From NCBI RefSeq assembly GCF_009914755.1, contig NC_060946.1: a stretch of DNA of 64,000 bases. One strand, written 5' to 3'. The notes under the pieces are model-generated. The model was not told the DNA's origin. It saw only the letters and a program-made list of their open reading frames with translations, and ran no database searches. How positions within the stretch are numbered: position 1 is the first letter of the stretch; every line of letters begins with the position of its first letter. Position numbers and translations under genes: made by a program. This stretch comes from the human T2T-CHM13v2.0 reference genome, Homo sapiens. Below, piece by piece: positions 26,231 through 39,870 of the stretch.

Positions 26231-29059
26231 AACATCTGATTTCAAAAGTACTATTGATATTATAATCACCATTAAAAATCACTGAAGTTTTTGTCACCCA
26301 AAGTTTTACGTTGAAATATAGAACATTTCATTTTTTTCCCACACACCTCACATCTGCTTTTGATTTTTAACATGTGCATGAATTACCTCTTATTAGAAAA
26401 AAAAACACAAAATTTTTTGGTAAAAGAATTTTCCTTAAGTGGGTATTTTTTCCCTAAGTCTGAAATGACTTAGTAAGGATAAGAGGTCAAACCATATGCT
26501 TTGTAGTGAAACTGCAACTATGATGAATAACATTAGAATTCTGGATGCCTTCCAGCAGCTGGAACAGGGCAGACCTGAGGCGGGAGTCCTCATGCTTAGG
26601 GGAAGGGGCTCAGGCACTGGGAGTCGGTCAGGGCTCCCAGGATGTAAAAGATACACATGAAAGAAACAAACAGTGGGACTCGGGCCAGTGCAAAATTTGG
26701 CCTGGAACTGAGCTAAAAACTGTCATACTGGTGGGAAGAAGCAGATTGGTTCAACAGGGTAACCAAATGTGAAAAAGAAAAGCCTCACAAGAATTAAAAT
26801 TGATGGTTGGAACTGGGCGCTCCGAGGCTGTGGGCCGGTGTCCTGCCCCGAAGGGTTTGGCTGCCAGCAGGTGCAGCGCTGCCCTGGGATACCAGCTCCT
26901 GGGATGCGCTGTAGTATCATCAATCACCGGTGCTGCTCGCTGGGCCTTGGAAGCACACAGTAGTAGCAGATGTCAGCAGGGGGCCACCAGGGCCACCTGC
27001 CAGTGAGCCCACTGCTTAGCTGAGTCATGGTCAAGTTTCTCTGCAGATTGTTGCCTGAAAATATTTCACCACCTGGAACCTCCCTGTCCCACCCATCTTC
27101 ACTTGCAATACTCACTCCCCTCACCTCTGCCCCTAAAGCAATTATTCATTAACCACAGGGATCCACCATCCAGGAACAAAAGAGGCTTGAAAGCTCTATC
27201 TGTGCCTGCACTTCTTGGTCCAAAAGGCGCAGGGGGATGGGGGAGAGGCACCGGGGTCATGGTGCAGGCTCGGCTGTTGAGCCTCATTCCCCAAACACAA
27301 TGTGACAGGTATCAATAGTTCTGGAGTTGATCATTTCACAGAAAGGAAACTGCTGTCAACCTGCCCAAGGCCACACAGCTAGTCCTGGATAAATTGACTT
27401 AAAGAACCCAGGTCTCTGATTCCCAAATCAGTGCTCTTACCCCTCCCACGCCACCTCTCTCTTCTAAAGATCCACCCAATGGAACTGCCCCAGGGCTGGT
27501 ATCCCAGCTACTTCTCCATTCATGCCGCAGGTCAATGATTCAGGGCGGACACTCCTCAAGTGACCTTCAGAGGCCCTGACTCACTCCTCCGACAGTCCTT
27601 TGTGTCTGGACTCCCAGCCGCTCCTCAGCAGCTCTGTCCTCTTTTGTACATTTATTACTGTCAGCCTGAGGCTAGCAGGAGGTCTCAATGCCTGGTGATC
27701 TGAGGCCAGCCTGTCCCAGGCCCTCCCAGTCCCGTGAGGTCCTCCTGGGGATGCAGGCACAGCGACTGACAAGGATAAGGAGCAGAAGGGCAGGTGGCTT
27801 TCTGGGTGTGAGCTTGGCCTTCTGCCACACCCATGTTCAGAAAGGTGTCTACGGGCACATCTTGTGTTGTCACAGGTGTAGAAAGGGCTTTGACACGCGG
27901 CAGATCCTCCAATCCCTGTGAAAGAGGGATCATTCTTTCTATTATACAGTGAGGACGCTGAAGTCCAGAAAGGTCAGGTGACTGATGAAAGGTCATAAAA
28001 TTAGCAGGAATCAGGGAAAGGGCAGGAAAGCAGAGCTTCCAGTTGCAAGGTCAGGACTCTTCAGCCCAGCAGGCGAGTTTGCCAGCCAGTCTGTGCCCTG
28101 GTCTCTGCCCTCCCCAAACACGTGCACCAATTTGGAGGGGCTGCTCCCAGCACGCATGCTGCAAGATAAACTTCAGTGCTCAGCCCTCTCACTGTGACAA
28201 CAATCCCTTAGAAAGGGGTCCACGCTGTCCATCTGGGCCCCTACACCAAAGAACACCTAATTATCAGTGGTCCTCACTCAGGAAACATGCCCACAAATAA
28301 AGACAAAAGTAAACCCAACTACACATTCCTCAAAATCCTCCTCTCCATTTCACAGAAACACCACAACAGAGCAGAACTGCAACCTGATAGCATCCCTGTC
28401 TGGTTTTGGCTCTTTCAAAACATCAGGGACCTCACAGGAAAGCAATGCAGAAAACTGCAGTCATTTGGCCGCTTGTTAAGGAGAGCCCTGAGCAGCAAGC
28501 TCCAGACCGGAGATGCGCATATAACAGCAGCAGTTCCACACAGCCCTGCACAGCAGCAATTCAGCCTCTGGCAGCTGTGATGATGCTGAGGCAGTGTCCC
28601 CACTGCCCCAGTGGCTTCTGCATGCAGGTTCATTTGGGACAGGACACCTCTAACTCCATCTCTGGCCAGGAGCCAGCATAGTAGGTGCCGTGAAAGCCAG
28701 GAAGTGAACTGCACAGAATGGACTGTTCCAGTGTCCATGGGCTGCAAGTGGGTCCCACGTCACCCACAGGTGAATCTTAATTATGAACCAAGGTGACGGC
28801 AGAAAGGATGGGCAGCAAAGGAGGGTGTGTGTGGTGATCAGCCATCAGAGGAGACGGCCCTGTGTGATGAAAGGACCTCCTCAGGAAACCTCCCCACCAG
28901 CAACTGGCTCCAAATGGTCAGACTTTCCAAGAAATTCCTGTGAAAAGGACAGGCTCAGGGCATGTGAATGTGATAGTCAGCAATTCGCACCTCAGCAGCC
29001 AGTGACACTATGGTATAGGGAAAAGAACTTAGATTAGGCATCAAAAGTACCCGGTCCCC

Positions 29060-29670
29060 TTCATACATGGCTGGTGGGGAGGTAGGATGGTGCAGCCACT
29101 TTGGAAAACAGTCTGGTAGTTTCTTTCAAAGTTACCAAATGACCCAGCAATCCCACTCCTAAGTATTTACCCAAGAGAAATAAAACCTGTGTCCACACAA
29201 AGACTTGTACACATCCTAATAGCTGTATTCATAGTAGCCCCAAACTGGAAACAACCCAAATGCCCATCAGTTTGTGAAGAGATGGACAAAATGTGCTATA
29301 TCCATAAAACGGAACCCTACTCAGCAATAAAAAGGTGTGAACTAGATACACACAAGAACATGGAGGGATCTCAAAAGCACTGTGCTGAGCGAGAGAAGCC
29401 AGATTCAAAGGGCTACACACTGTAGGATGCCATGTGCATCACATTCTGTACAGTGCAAAACTGTAGTGGCAGGATTCAGGTCCCCTGAGGCTGGGGTCCT
29501 GGAGGCAGGAGAGGGGCTGGTAGCAAGGAGGCACAAGGGAACTTTTTGGGGACAGAGGAGTGGTCCATATTTGATAGGTGGTGGTTGTGTGGCTGCTCAT
29601 GTTTGTCAACAAAGAATTACATATTTTAAACTGGTGAGTTCCGTTGTATGCAAGCAAATTATACCACAAT
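29060..29670 (+). mobile_element. L1MB/L1MC 3' region
   Basis: gcagccactttggaaaacagtctgg...gacccagcaatcccactcctaagtatttacccaagagaaat. Confidence 0.8.
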
Positions 29671-31120
29671 GAAGCAAATCTTTAAAACACTAGGTTCCTT
29701 TTCTTTATCTAGAGCTCAAAGTAGTGGCCCATGCTGGCTATGACTTGGAGAAATCACACAAGCTTACTGGGTCTCAACTGCTTCATTTGTACAGGTGGCT
29801 GCATAACACTCCCCGGGCAGGGGAACTGTAGGGATGAAATCAGCAAATGTGAGTGAACACACAGAGGAAGCAACACATAGGCCTTCCCCAAATACCCACT
29901 TCTGTTTTCTTTCCTCAGTGTGAGTAAGTGGCTCTAATGATCCACAAACCTTCCAACCAGCCAAGTCAAGGACCAGCAGGAGGACTCAGGAAAGTACTGA
30001 AATGCTGGGGAGAACCAGGACAGCGGCTGAGCACAGCCAGACAGGGAGGGCAGCCTGGTGGGGCCCTGGGAGCCATGGACGCGACTGCGCTGGGAGTGGG
30101 GATGGGAGATAGCAGGAGTTGGTGGGTGGGGCACAAAGTGGGAGCCAGGGCCAAATTGCTGCTGATTTGACCATTTTGCAAAAGGCCAGCCTGGCTGTGG
30201 CCTCAGGCCTCTCATTTCCTCTACCATAATGAGGGGTCACGGAAGTGCCTTCCCACAACTGCAGCATCTCCCTCCACATTTGGGCTCAAATACAGAGTGG
30301 GGCCGGAGACAGAAAAAGTCTCCGTGACACACTGTGATTTGTTTCTGCACTGTGTGAACCCTTGGCTCTGTGACACAGAACACAGGTTTCAGCAGTTCCT
30401 GTCACTTCCCACAGGCGAAACAGACAGAGCATTCTTTTGTCCGGCTTCTGGTGAAACGCCATTATCGTTATTTTTAGGAGGAAGATGGAGAATTGGGGTG
30501 GGTCCCCACAAAGAGGATGGATTCAGAAGACTTCCAGGAACCTTAAACGGCTTGGAAACTAATTGTGCCAGTTCTTTTTGATGTCTAATTTTATTCTAAA
30601 ATTTCCTCTCAGCACAATATATTAATACTGATCAGCCAAGAGAAGGTTAGGTTTTGGCTCACAAATAGTCAAGGAGAGAATCTCCTTCATTCATTGAGAA
30701 GGCAGAAGATGGCGTTAAAGAGTATTCACAGGTAACTAAGATTGCCAGAGGGAGAATCGAGTGAGTTGTCAGTGGTGAAATACAGAGGAGGTAGAGAGAG
30801 CTACACTGAGACAACAAAGGCAGCTTAAGGGAACAAAGCCAGCTAAGGGAACAAAGCCGGGGTCCCTCAGGTCTGTGGCCACCGGCTCCAGCCAGGACAG
30901 CCTGGTAGCTGAAGAGCACGTCCTTGCCCGTTACATGCCTGTGTTTCAAGTGATGCTAACTTGCTAATGCAGATATCTCCCCAAACCCTGCCCCTGGCTC
31001 ACCACCCAGTGAGCAATCACTCACTTTCCCCAGGACACCTTCAGGGAGGTACTCTGCCAGCACCGCACACTTAAACAGCTACTGCAGGTTCTTCTCTCAG
31101 ACGCAGCACGGTTCCTGAGA

Positions 31121-31128
31121 TGACGTCA
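31121..31128. promoter_or_regulatory. Full palindromic CRE (TGACGTCA)
   Basis: Exact motif with intact CpG in a small CpG-retaining patch; motif only. Confidence 0.3.
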
Positions 31129-31942
31129 GCGCTGCTCGCTGAAAGCACCAGGCAAGGAGGCAAAACAAAGGAAATCCTAAAGAGCAGGCGAGAGAACAGT
31201 GGAACTGGCAGAGAGAGGCACTGGTGCGGATGGAGAGGGCAGCAATAAAAACTGGGGGACACTTAGAGGCAAAGGTATGGCAGGTGACAAAAAAGATGAG
31301 CTGAAGCTCAGGAGAGACCCAGGCAGCGATGCCCAAATGACCGGCTGAGGAATCACCTCACTGCTGCTGATGCCCTTGACAGCGATGTCTGAGGCTGGCG
31401 TGAGTGCTCCATGCTCAGAGATACCTAGAACCCAGCTACAATGGCCTTATCAGACTGAAACAAGAACACCAAGATATTCCAAGGGAGGTGACAATGGGGT
31501 CCAAAGGTTGTGCATTTATGGATCACAACTATGTGCTGAGTGTGGCCCAAATCCCAGCTCCATATGGTCACACCATGTCTACAGCCAATCAGCTGACCGG
31601 GGTGGCAACCCCTGGCTCTGCTCAACAATAATGACAACCATCATTTACTGAGCACTTACTATGTGCCAGACCGATGCTAAGTGCTTTCCTCAGATGTTTC
31701 CATTTAACTCTTAGAATCACCCTAATGAGTATCTCCTATTATTTTACAGATGAGGAAATGAGAGTTTAGAAAAGTAACTTGCAAAATCATACTGCTGGCT
31801 CCATAACAAATGTTGATTGAATGTTGTCTGGGTGGACAGAGGCAAGGATGACCGGAACGAGACAAACAAACAAAAGGCTGACTGACAGACCATTCGGGTA
31901 GCACTTTTCCTGGGATTAAGCTTAGACCTTGTAGGCCTATCA

Positions 31943-32412
<470 letters not shown>

Positions 32413-35400
32413 TCAAACTTACCGAGAAAAGCTCCAGAGAGGCCAGTGCCAGCAATGCCGGCTGTCTCCCAAGTCTGAAGGGTTTTCCTCTGGGTATTAG
32501 GAGTTGAGGTGTTTGGTTACAGAAGGAAACAGGATGCACGGGAGATCACACACAGAGTAAGAGGTGCCTCTCAAATGCCTTTCCCACGTTTCTAACTCTG
32601 CTTTTTTTAAAGCACGATCAGACCCGCCATCTGCACTTTTACCTGCTGCCTGACGAAAACCAGATGCCAAAGGCCTCCCAGCACTCACGGGGCCCTTTAC
32701 CCTTAGGAAAACACCGTGATTCAGCCAGGCGAGATTGATGCAACATTGTAACAAAGCGTATGCAAAGTGCCTAGCTCCGGACTGCTTGCAGAAAAGGCAC
32801 ATTTTGACTCTTCTGAGAGTGGGAAAGATTTGAAAGATGGGATTTGCACCTTATTCTTATTCAAGTCTGGAGATCTGGAACTTCTTCCTGAAGCTCCATG
32901 TTTAGCCAGATAATTGAGACGCTCCACCTGGTCACCACTGGACACCAGCCACCCAAACATTCTCCTCTGCAAGGCACTTGGCATTCTGGTGCCTGTGGAG
33001 AGAGCAGCCTTCTCACTAGCACAGCTCATGAACAAGGATCCCCTTCCCTGGACAGCCAAGATGTAAACCTGCCCCCAGAAACACTGAGAGTCCTAGAGGT
33101 AGAATGAGTCGGCCAGCAAGCTCCAGCCCATTGAATGCAGACCCCTGAGCAAATCAAGTCAGGAGAAGGTGGACAACTGTACCCTGAAGACCACATACCA
33201 CCCAGACCCAACACAAATAGCTGTCAGCACTGCCACCCATTACAGCTTCAGATCTCGCTTCTACCAGCATTTCCCAGCTGAGCAACAACCGTCAAAGTCT
33301 GGTCCTGGAAGGACAGCCCTCCCCGTCTTGGCAGCCACACTTTCTGACCCTAGCCCAAGGCTGCTGTGGCATGGGAGGAATCAATGGAGGAATACATGGC
33401 TCTTCCCTGGTTCCTTCCTCTCCCACTTCATTGACTAACACTAGTCACATGGCCCCAACTGAACTGTGAGGGAGGCTGGAAAATCAGGAGTATGTGCATG
33501 CCTAGTGAGTTGCCTCTACCATATCCTCTTAACCCTTGGCCTCTCATTCCCAAAGTCTAGCCCTATTTTCAAATGAATTCAAAGCCTCATTACTTAGATC
33601 TTTCCTCATTACCTCAAAGCCATAGTGGCAAAAAGCAAACAGCATCTTCCTAAAATCTTCCTCTTCCATCTTCCTCTCCTAGATATCCATCTTACCCTTC
33701 TTTGCCAGTTAATTTATTACAATCTTCCTTTGACAGCTTCACTCCCTCCCCGCACTGCTATCAACTCAAATGTGAGTTATTTCAGTAGCTTGAGCTTGTC
33801 ACTGGCCTTTTACTTTTTTCCCCTTCCAAAGAACCTGGTACCCAGCTACTTAATCCTTATCCTTCTTCCCAAGGCCCACTTTCATTCCTTTCTCCCCCAT
33901 TCATGAGCCTGCAATACTTTTCCCGCTGCATAAGTCACGTGTCACCATATAAACTCACAATTTGAGGTGCTCTAGAATCTGTCCACGGAATTAGTCAGGA
34001 CATAATCTCCCTGTTTTTCGGCAGTGCCACATCCATACCTGTCTTCACAGGTTTGCTCATGCCACCATTCCTTTCCCCAGAACGCCCTTCTGCTCCTCCC
34101 ACACAAATCCTAATCCTCCCTCAGGACCCATTTAAAATACAATCTCCTCACTCAACTCTTTCCTACCAACTTGCTTTCCCCTCTCCTTTCTGCCTTACCA
34201 CAAAGCTAAGCTCTGTCTCTGAATAATGTGCTTTTTGATGATAATCTGAATGGTACAAGAAGAAATCCTATTTCATGCTCCTTTGAGGGAGTGTCTAATA
34301 TAGGTTGCCTTCGACTATAAGTAGTAGAAAATTCCCACTCAACTGGCTTCAACAGTGAGGACAAAATGTATGGAGATTGGACGCTTCAGTCTTCAGGGGC
34401 TTGGCCCTCAGGGTTTTTCCCATCTCTTCCCGTCTGCTGGCCTCAACAAACCTGCTTTCCTCATTGCAACAAGATGGCTGCTTCACGTCTGAGAATCTAG
34501 TGAAAGAAGCTGTCCCTTCTGCATTTCCTTTTACAAGGAAAAACATCTTTCCCAGCATCTCCCAGCAGACTTCTCATACCTCAGTGGCCAAAACCATGTC
34601 TAAACTACGGGCCTCCAGGATGGGCTCAGCTCAATCAGCACATACCCTAGAGCTGGAGGCAGGGTCACCTTTCCTTGAGTGGCGTGTGGGAGAGGTGTGG
34701 CATCCAACCCAACTGGGTCCTGCCAGCAGGAAGAGAAAAGAAGAGCCACTGTAGGTAACCAATCACGTCTACCACAGGCAGGGACCAATACCACATATCT
34801 GTGTTTCCCCTCACTTGCCACCCCCATCCTGTGCTGGCAGATGAGGATGCTCAACAAATAGCTGTGGAACTACAAATTATCCTGTGGGTGTGAGAAAAGA
34901 GTGTGCATTATAATAGGGTGGTACAATTGGACATGTGTGCACGGAAAATGGAAAAACAGCCATGAAATCCAAACAGATGCAAAAACGTTCTTAACACAGA
35001 AGGTTTGGGAAGCTCTGATCTAAGCCCTAGCCTGGGCCCTACTCCCAGTTCCACAGATAGGGAGCAGGCCCCAGGCCAGAGTGCTGGGCTTCTCCCAGCA
35101 GGATCCAGCTGGGGCTTTCTCCTCAGTTCAACCCTTGCCTCTGAGGACCAGTGGTCTACAGTCCAGCCCACAACCCTTCAGACAGAAGTTCCAGGCACAA
35201 AAAGGAAGCTCACAATAAGGAACGCCCATGCCTAGCCATAACTGAGCGCATCACAGACTCACACAAATCTGTGGAATGAGTGCATGATCTCATGAGCTCT
35301 GGTCTGGAAAAGTAAGTCTCCCTACACTAGGACTTAAAGGGAAGGCTTCTTTGGCTATGCCAATATCTTTCCTGCCACTTTCTTCTTCAGGCCAAACAGC

Positions 35401-38400
35401 TCCTATCCCTGCCTTCCATCTTAGCTTTCCAGCATACTCTTCCCAGGTTCTTTGGGCTACTGACAAGCACTCCAGACCCAAATACACATGCTCCCACCTG
35501 AGGCTGGGAAATGTACCAAGAACTGCATAGAAAATATACTGGACAAAAGGCACTCCAGTCTCACAGATCTCCAGTCCCACAGTCTATATCACCAGTTTTA
35601 GCTGTTTGAAGTTTTAGAATTCCTTTTCAAAACCATAGCTAGCATTTCTTTGGCTAGAGAAAACTGTGTGAAATGCAGCCTACCATAGGATCACTGATTA
35701 CAACATGCATTCAACATTCAATACATATTGACTGAGCAACTATTAGGTTGAACTATGTGACATTATTGACATTCGACTGCTTCTGACCTATCAAAATGGC
35801 AATAAAGCTCAACTTAATATTTACTCTATGCCAGGCAGTAGGCTAAGGAAGGATTTGGGACACCATGACAAACAACACAGAAGTAACCCCTATCTTAATG
35901 GAACTTAAAATCTAGTTGATTAAACCATTACTTACAAAAGTACAATCTAACTTCAGGATTGTAATTAATTATAAATGCATTTATTTGTTTACTGCCTGAC
36001 TTCTTTGCTAGCCTATAAACTACACAAAGATGAGGGTTATGTCTCCTCCATTTCACACACTGGCAAAGCATATAGCAGAATACATCATATATTTGTTAAA
36101 TGTATTGATTAGTGTTACAACAGACAATTGCATGTGCTATGGAAGCATTTGGCAGAGAGATCTAATCTAATCTTGGAAGGTGAGGATCCTGGCCATCACT
36201 AACTTGGAATTTCTGATACTGATGATATAAGGTTGAGTTATGTCTTCGTGAAACAGGTCTCTATACAGCATATAAACAACTACCAGCATGCACAGGGGTT
36301 CCGTAGGGACTATTTAAAATACTTAAGGGAACAAACGGTTTTCAAGCTCAGTCTAGTATTTCAGAAATTCCATTTACATAAACAATTGGTGCACTAATTG
36401 CAAATCATTCTGATTTCTCTCCTAAAGCAGGATCCCCTAAGGATCTTTATTAGGCATTCTATTAGCCTAGTTTGAGTTACAGTATTTACTTAAAAGTAAT
36501 AACAGTGAAGTTCTTGAAAAATATTTGGTAATTCAGACATTTTACTAATTCAAACTAATCTTCCTCATTAGTCTACGTTGTTAGAGGTTTAACCATTATA
36601 TTAAGAGAAAGTATCAAAGGCTTCACTTAGAGTAATAGTCACCAAATTTTTTTGCAAGACACCTTGGTAGCAGGAACCTGAGCTAACATCAGGAGGTAGG
36701 TAGAAATAGAAAATAAAGGAATGACAATTTGAAGAGCAACTGCAATCCAATTTAGTCCAACAGATGACACACATATGAAGTCACATTCAAATTATAAGCA
36801 GAGCACAAAAATATTTTAGATCCTTATCTTTTGATTAACCTGGTATCATTCAGGGAAAAATGTCAGGGAACACCACTGACCAGCAGTCCTCTCTTATCTA
36901 TTTTGCAGATCTTATCTATTTTTCTCCCTGAGAACCAGCCCTGGACACAAACTGCATAAACATCAATGAGCCTAGACAGGGTCTTCATGTGTGTTTGGCC
37001 TGCCATTGTTCTCTGTACCAGTACGGAGATTTAGTAACACACTGGTCACATTCATGGGGCATCTTGAACTCTCTTGACATGGTAAATGAACAGCAGGTCC
37101 TGTTCCCATGCCAAAAGCAAACAAAAACCTGTCACCAGCAAGGAAGACACCCAGTCTCTCCAAAGGATGCCAAAGTCCACATCCAGCCTCCTTTGCAGAG
37201 CCTCACAAATCTCTCGGATGCAGGCAGGATGATCACGGGCTAGGGAAGATTATGCTCTGAATGTCTTAAGAGATTAGTTACTTAAAATCCTCCACATGAC
37301 TTCAGTCATCCCCGTTGCAGATCACAGAGTAAAAAGCCTACCTGATTAAAGCTGAATGCCTATACATTTGCAAAAGGGAAAATATGCAGAAGAAAACAAG
37401 AGTCAGATACTGATGGGCATAGCACCAGCTCTAGGACATCAGAGGTGTTGAATAAATGATGACAAGGAGGCACACATAGTTCTGATATATTCACCATAAA
37501 TACCACAGTCCTCAAGGCTCTCTCAATTACTTACTTCCCCCCAAATCAGAGACTGAATCTGGCCTTATCTTCAAATGAGGCCCAGCTCTCCCCAAATTCC
37601 AAATATGGGAAATTACAGCTCCTCTGTGGTAGGGGGAAGAGTGGGAAGGCGAATGTTTGTATTGCATAACGTTTTAATTAAAACAAAGATGACGTGCACC
37701 AGAGTCTCTTTCTCATCTCCTGTTAGGGGCGTTTTCCAGTACTACTTCCACCCTTTACCCACCCAGGTCACCATGGTCTTTTTCTTCCCTCTAGGACAAT
37801 TCACCTTTAAAATAAGAGGATTGGGCAAGAAATCTACAAAGATTTTTCCAAAATGAACTCAGGCCTAGAGGCATATTAGTTCTCTATCTTGTTGCTCCCT
37901 TCTAGAAGTGCACAGTTCAGAGGGATGCCCAGCCACAGAGGTGCCAAAACGCAGAGCTGGAACCAATCACCTGCTCCAACAGAGAGAAGGTGAAAGCACT
38001 GGGCAGGGTGCTCAGAATGTGCTCTTGCTTCTTTGTAATGAAATATCAGAAGACAGATTGTAACATTGTTCAGCAAGCTATTTTTTGTACTGAAACATCA
38101 GAAGGCATTATGAAACTGTTCAGCAAATCATCTCTAAACAATGTCATAAAGGGTTACCTAGTTTGGGGTAAGCCCGGAATGAATATCTGCACCATCATTC
38201 CTCCCGCTAACAAACATGTCCATCTATGTGAAGCATAATTCCCAACACACCACCATCTCCAAACCAACACCAAACCACTGCCAAACAAAGCTGAAGAGGA
38301 AAACCAGAAAGGTCTCCGAGAAGTGCTGCTTGTAGGGAGAAGAATGGCCCTGCACAGAGGCTCCTGAGGGCAGCAGGTGCCTGCTTTGGAGCCTTGGCAA

Positions 38401-39510
38401 TTTCCACCAGGCAGAATTTACAACCGTCTGGGACCTGCAGTCTCAGAGGGCTCACGGAGAAGGGGGAAGCTCTTGGCTACCCGGGAGGTCACCAGTGACT
38501 CTGAGCAAAGTGCAGATCAATGCCTGCTTAGGGTTAACCCCAGGCTGGGAGAGGGCATCTGGCAAGGAACAGACCTGGAAGAGCCTGCCCCTCTTTGAGC
38601 TGCTACAGCAGCTTCTGGGAATTTGTAAGAGCCATACTGATGAGGGTCCCACACCCTCCCTTGCCAGGGCGCCCTCAGGGAGGCCACACTGCAGGAGGCA
38701 GAGTATGAGGTGGGGAAGATGGATCGGCCTTATCCTCACCACCCCCCATACGAGTCTCCTCTGGTATGGATGGTGTCTCCTCTCTGGTGGGAAGTATGTG
38801 ATTTCTCTATTTCTATTTCTCTTTTGTTCGGGCTTCCTAGAAATTCAGAGCTAGGTGTGAAATTCCCAATTCCCACAGACAAGCAACATCCCCAGCAGTA
38901 ATAAGGACGTTCCACACACCCAGGACTTGGGATATTTGTGTATTTTCAAGAATAAAAGTTTGCCCTTTAGCCTCCTCAGAGCCCCCTCCCTTCTCCTCGC
39001 TCTCCCCTTACCACTGCTATTCATCATCTTACTCCTACAGATACCCCCTCTTCGTGGTGGCACCGGGCACTAGTAACTCATGGCTGTAAAGGAGAGCTGA
39101 GAACAAAACAGGAAGAAAAGAGGTTAAGTAATGGCAAGAAAAAAGATGTACCTTAGGAATAAAAAAGAGTTCCCGAATGTCACAGTGTATTTAATTAATG
39201 CTTCTATTTATTAAAGATTAAAAATACATATCAGGTGACGACTTAAAATGTTAGTCATGATTTTAACTGTGAATTCTGTGGCACCGGAGATAAGAGAACA
39301 ATGAGTGCTTGTAGAAGGCACTCGGTTATTTGTTGAATGAACTTCTTGGGAAAGCCTTCTTAGGAAAGTATTAGAAGTAGATTCTGCTAAAACAGGGGCT
39401 ACCCTCAGAGGTCTCAGGACAAGGGATAGAAAGTCAAACACTGATGTTTAAGAAGGGATAACTATGACACATGAATCCCACAGCCATCTCTCCAAAAGAG
39501 CAACTATTTT

Positions 39511-39870
39511 GACTGCGCATGCGGGAAGATGGCGGGCCGGGCGACTTGAGATCCGCGGGTCTCCCTGCTCCTTTTCCGTCTGCGTCGGGAGCTCCCGGGC
39601 ACGTGAGGCCGTGCCGCGTTTACTGGCGGGAGGGACGGCCTAGCCGGGCGACGCCTCGGAGGAGGCCGCGGACCCCTTAGGTGCTGGGCCCTTGGAAATC
39701 GGCGCGTGGGGGGCGGTGCTCGAGCTGAGCGCGAGAGGGCGGGAGAGCTCGTGGGGTGCGAGGGGAGCAGGACGCCCGGCCGGGCAGCATGAGTCAGCAG
39801 CGGCCGGCGAGGAGATTACCCAGTCTCCTCCTGCACCCGACGGAGGAGACCCCATCAACGTGGAGGGCCT
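39511..39870. promoter_or_regulatory. CpG-rich island carried by the E2F6 retrocopy, with NRF1- and YY1-like motifs
   Basis: Dense CpG in otherwise CpG-poor DNA; TGCGCATGCG at 39514-39523 and AAGATGGCGG at 39526-39535. Confidence 0.55.

Noticed and set aside
30031-30044. gcacagccagacag matches 14 nt of the recalled IGSF3 signal-peptide exon (reverse strand)
   Set aside because: Flanks do not continue the match; no ATG or donor in place.
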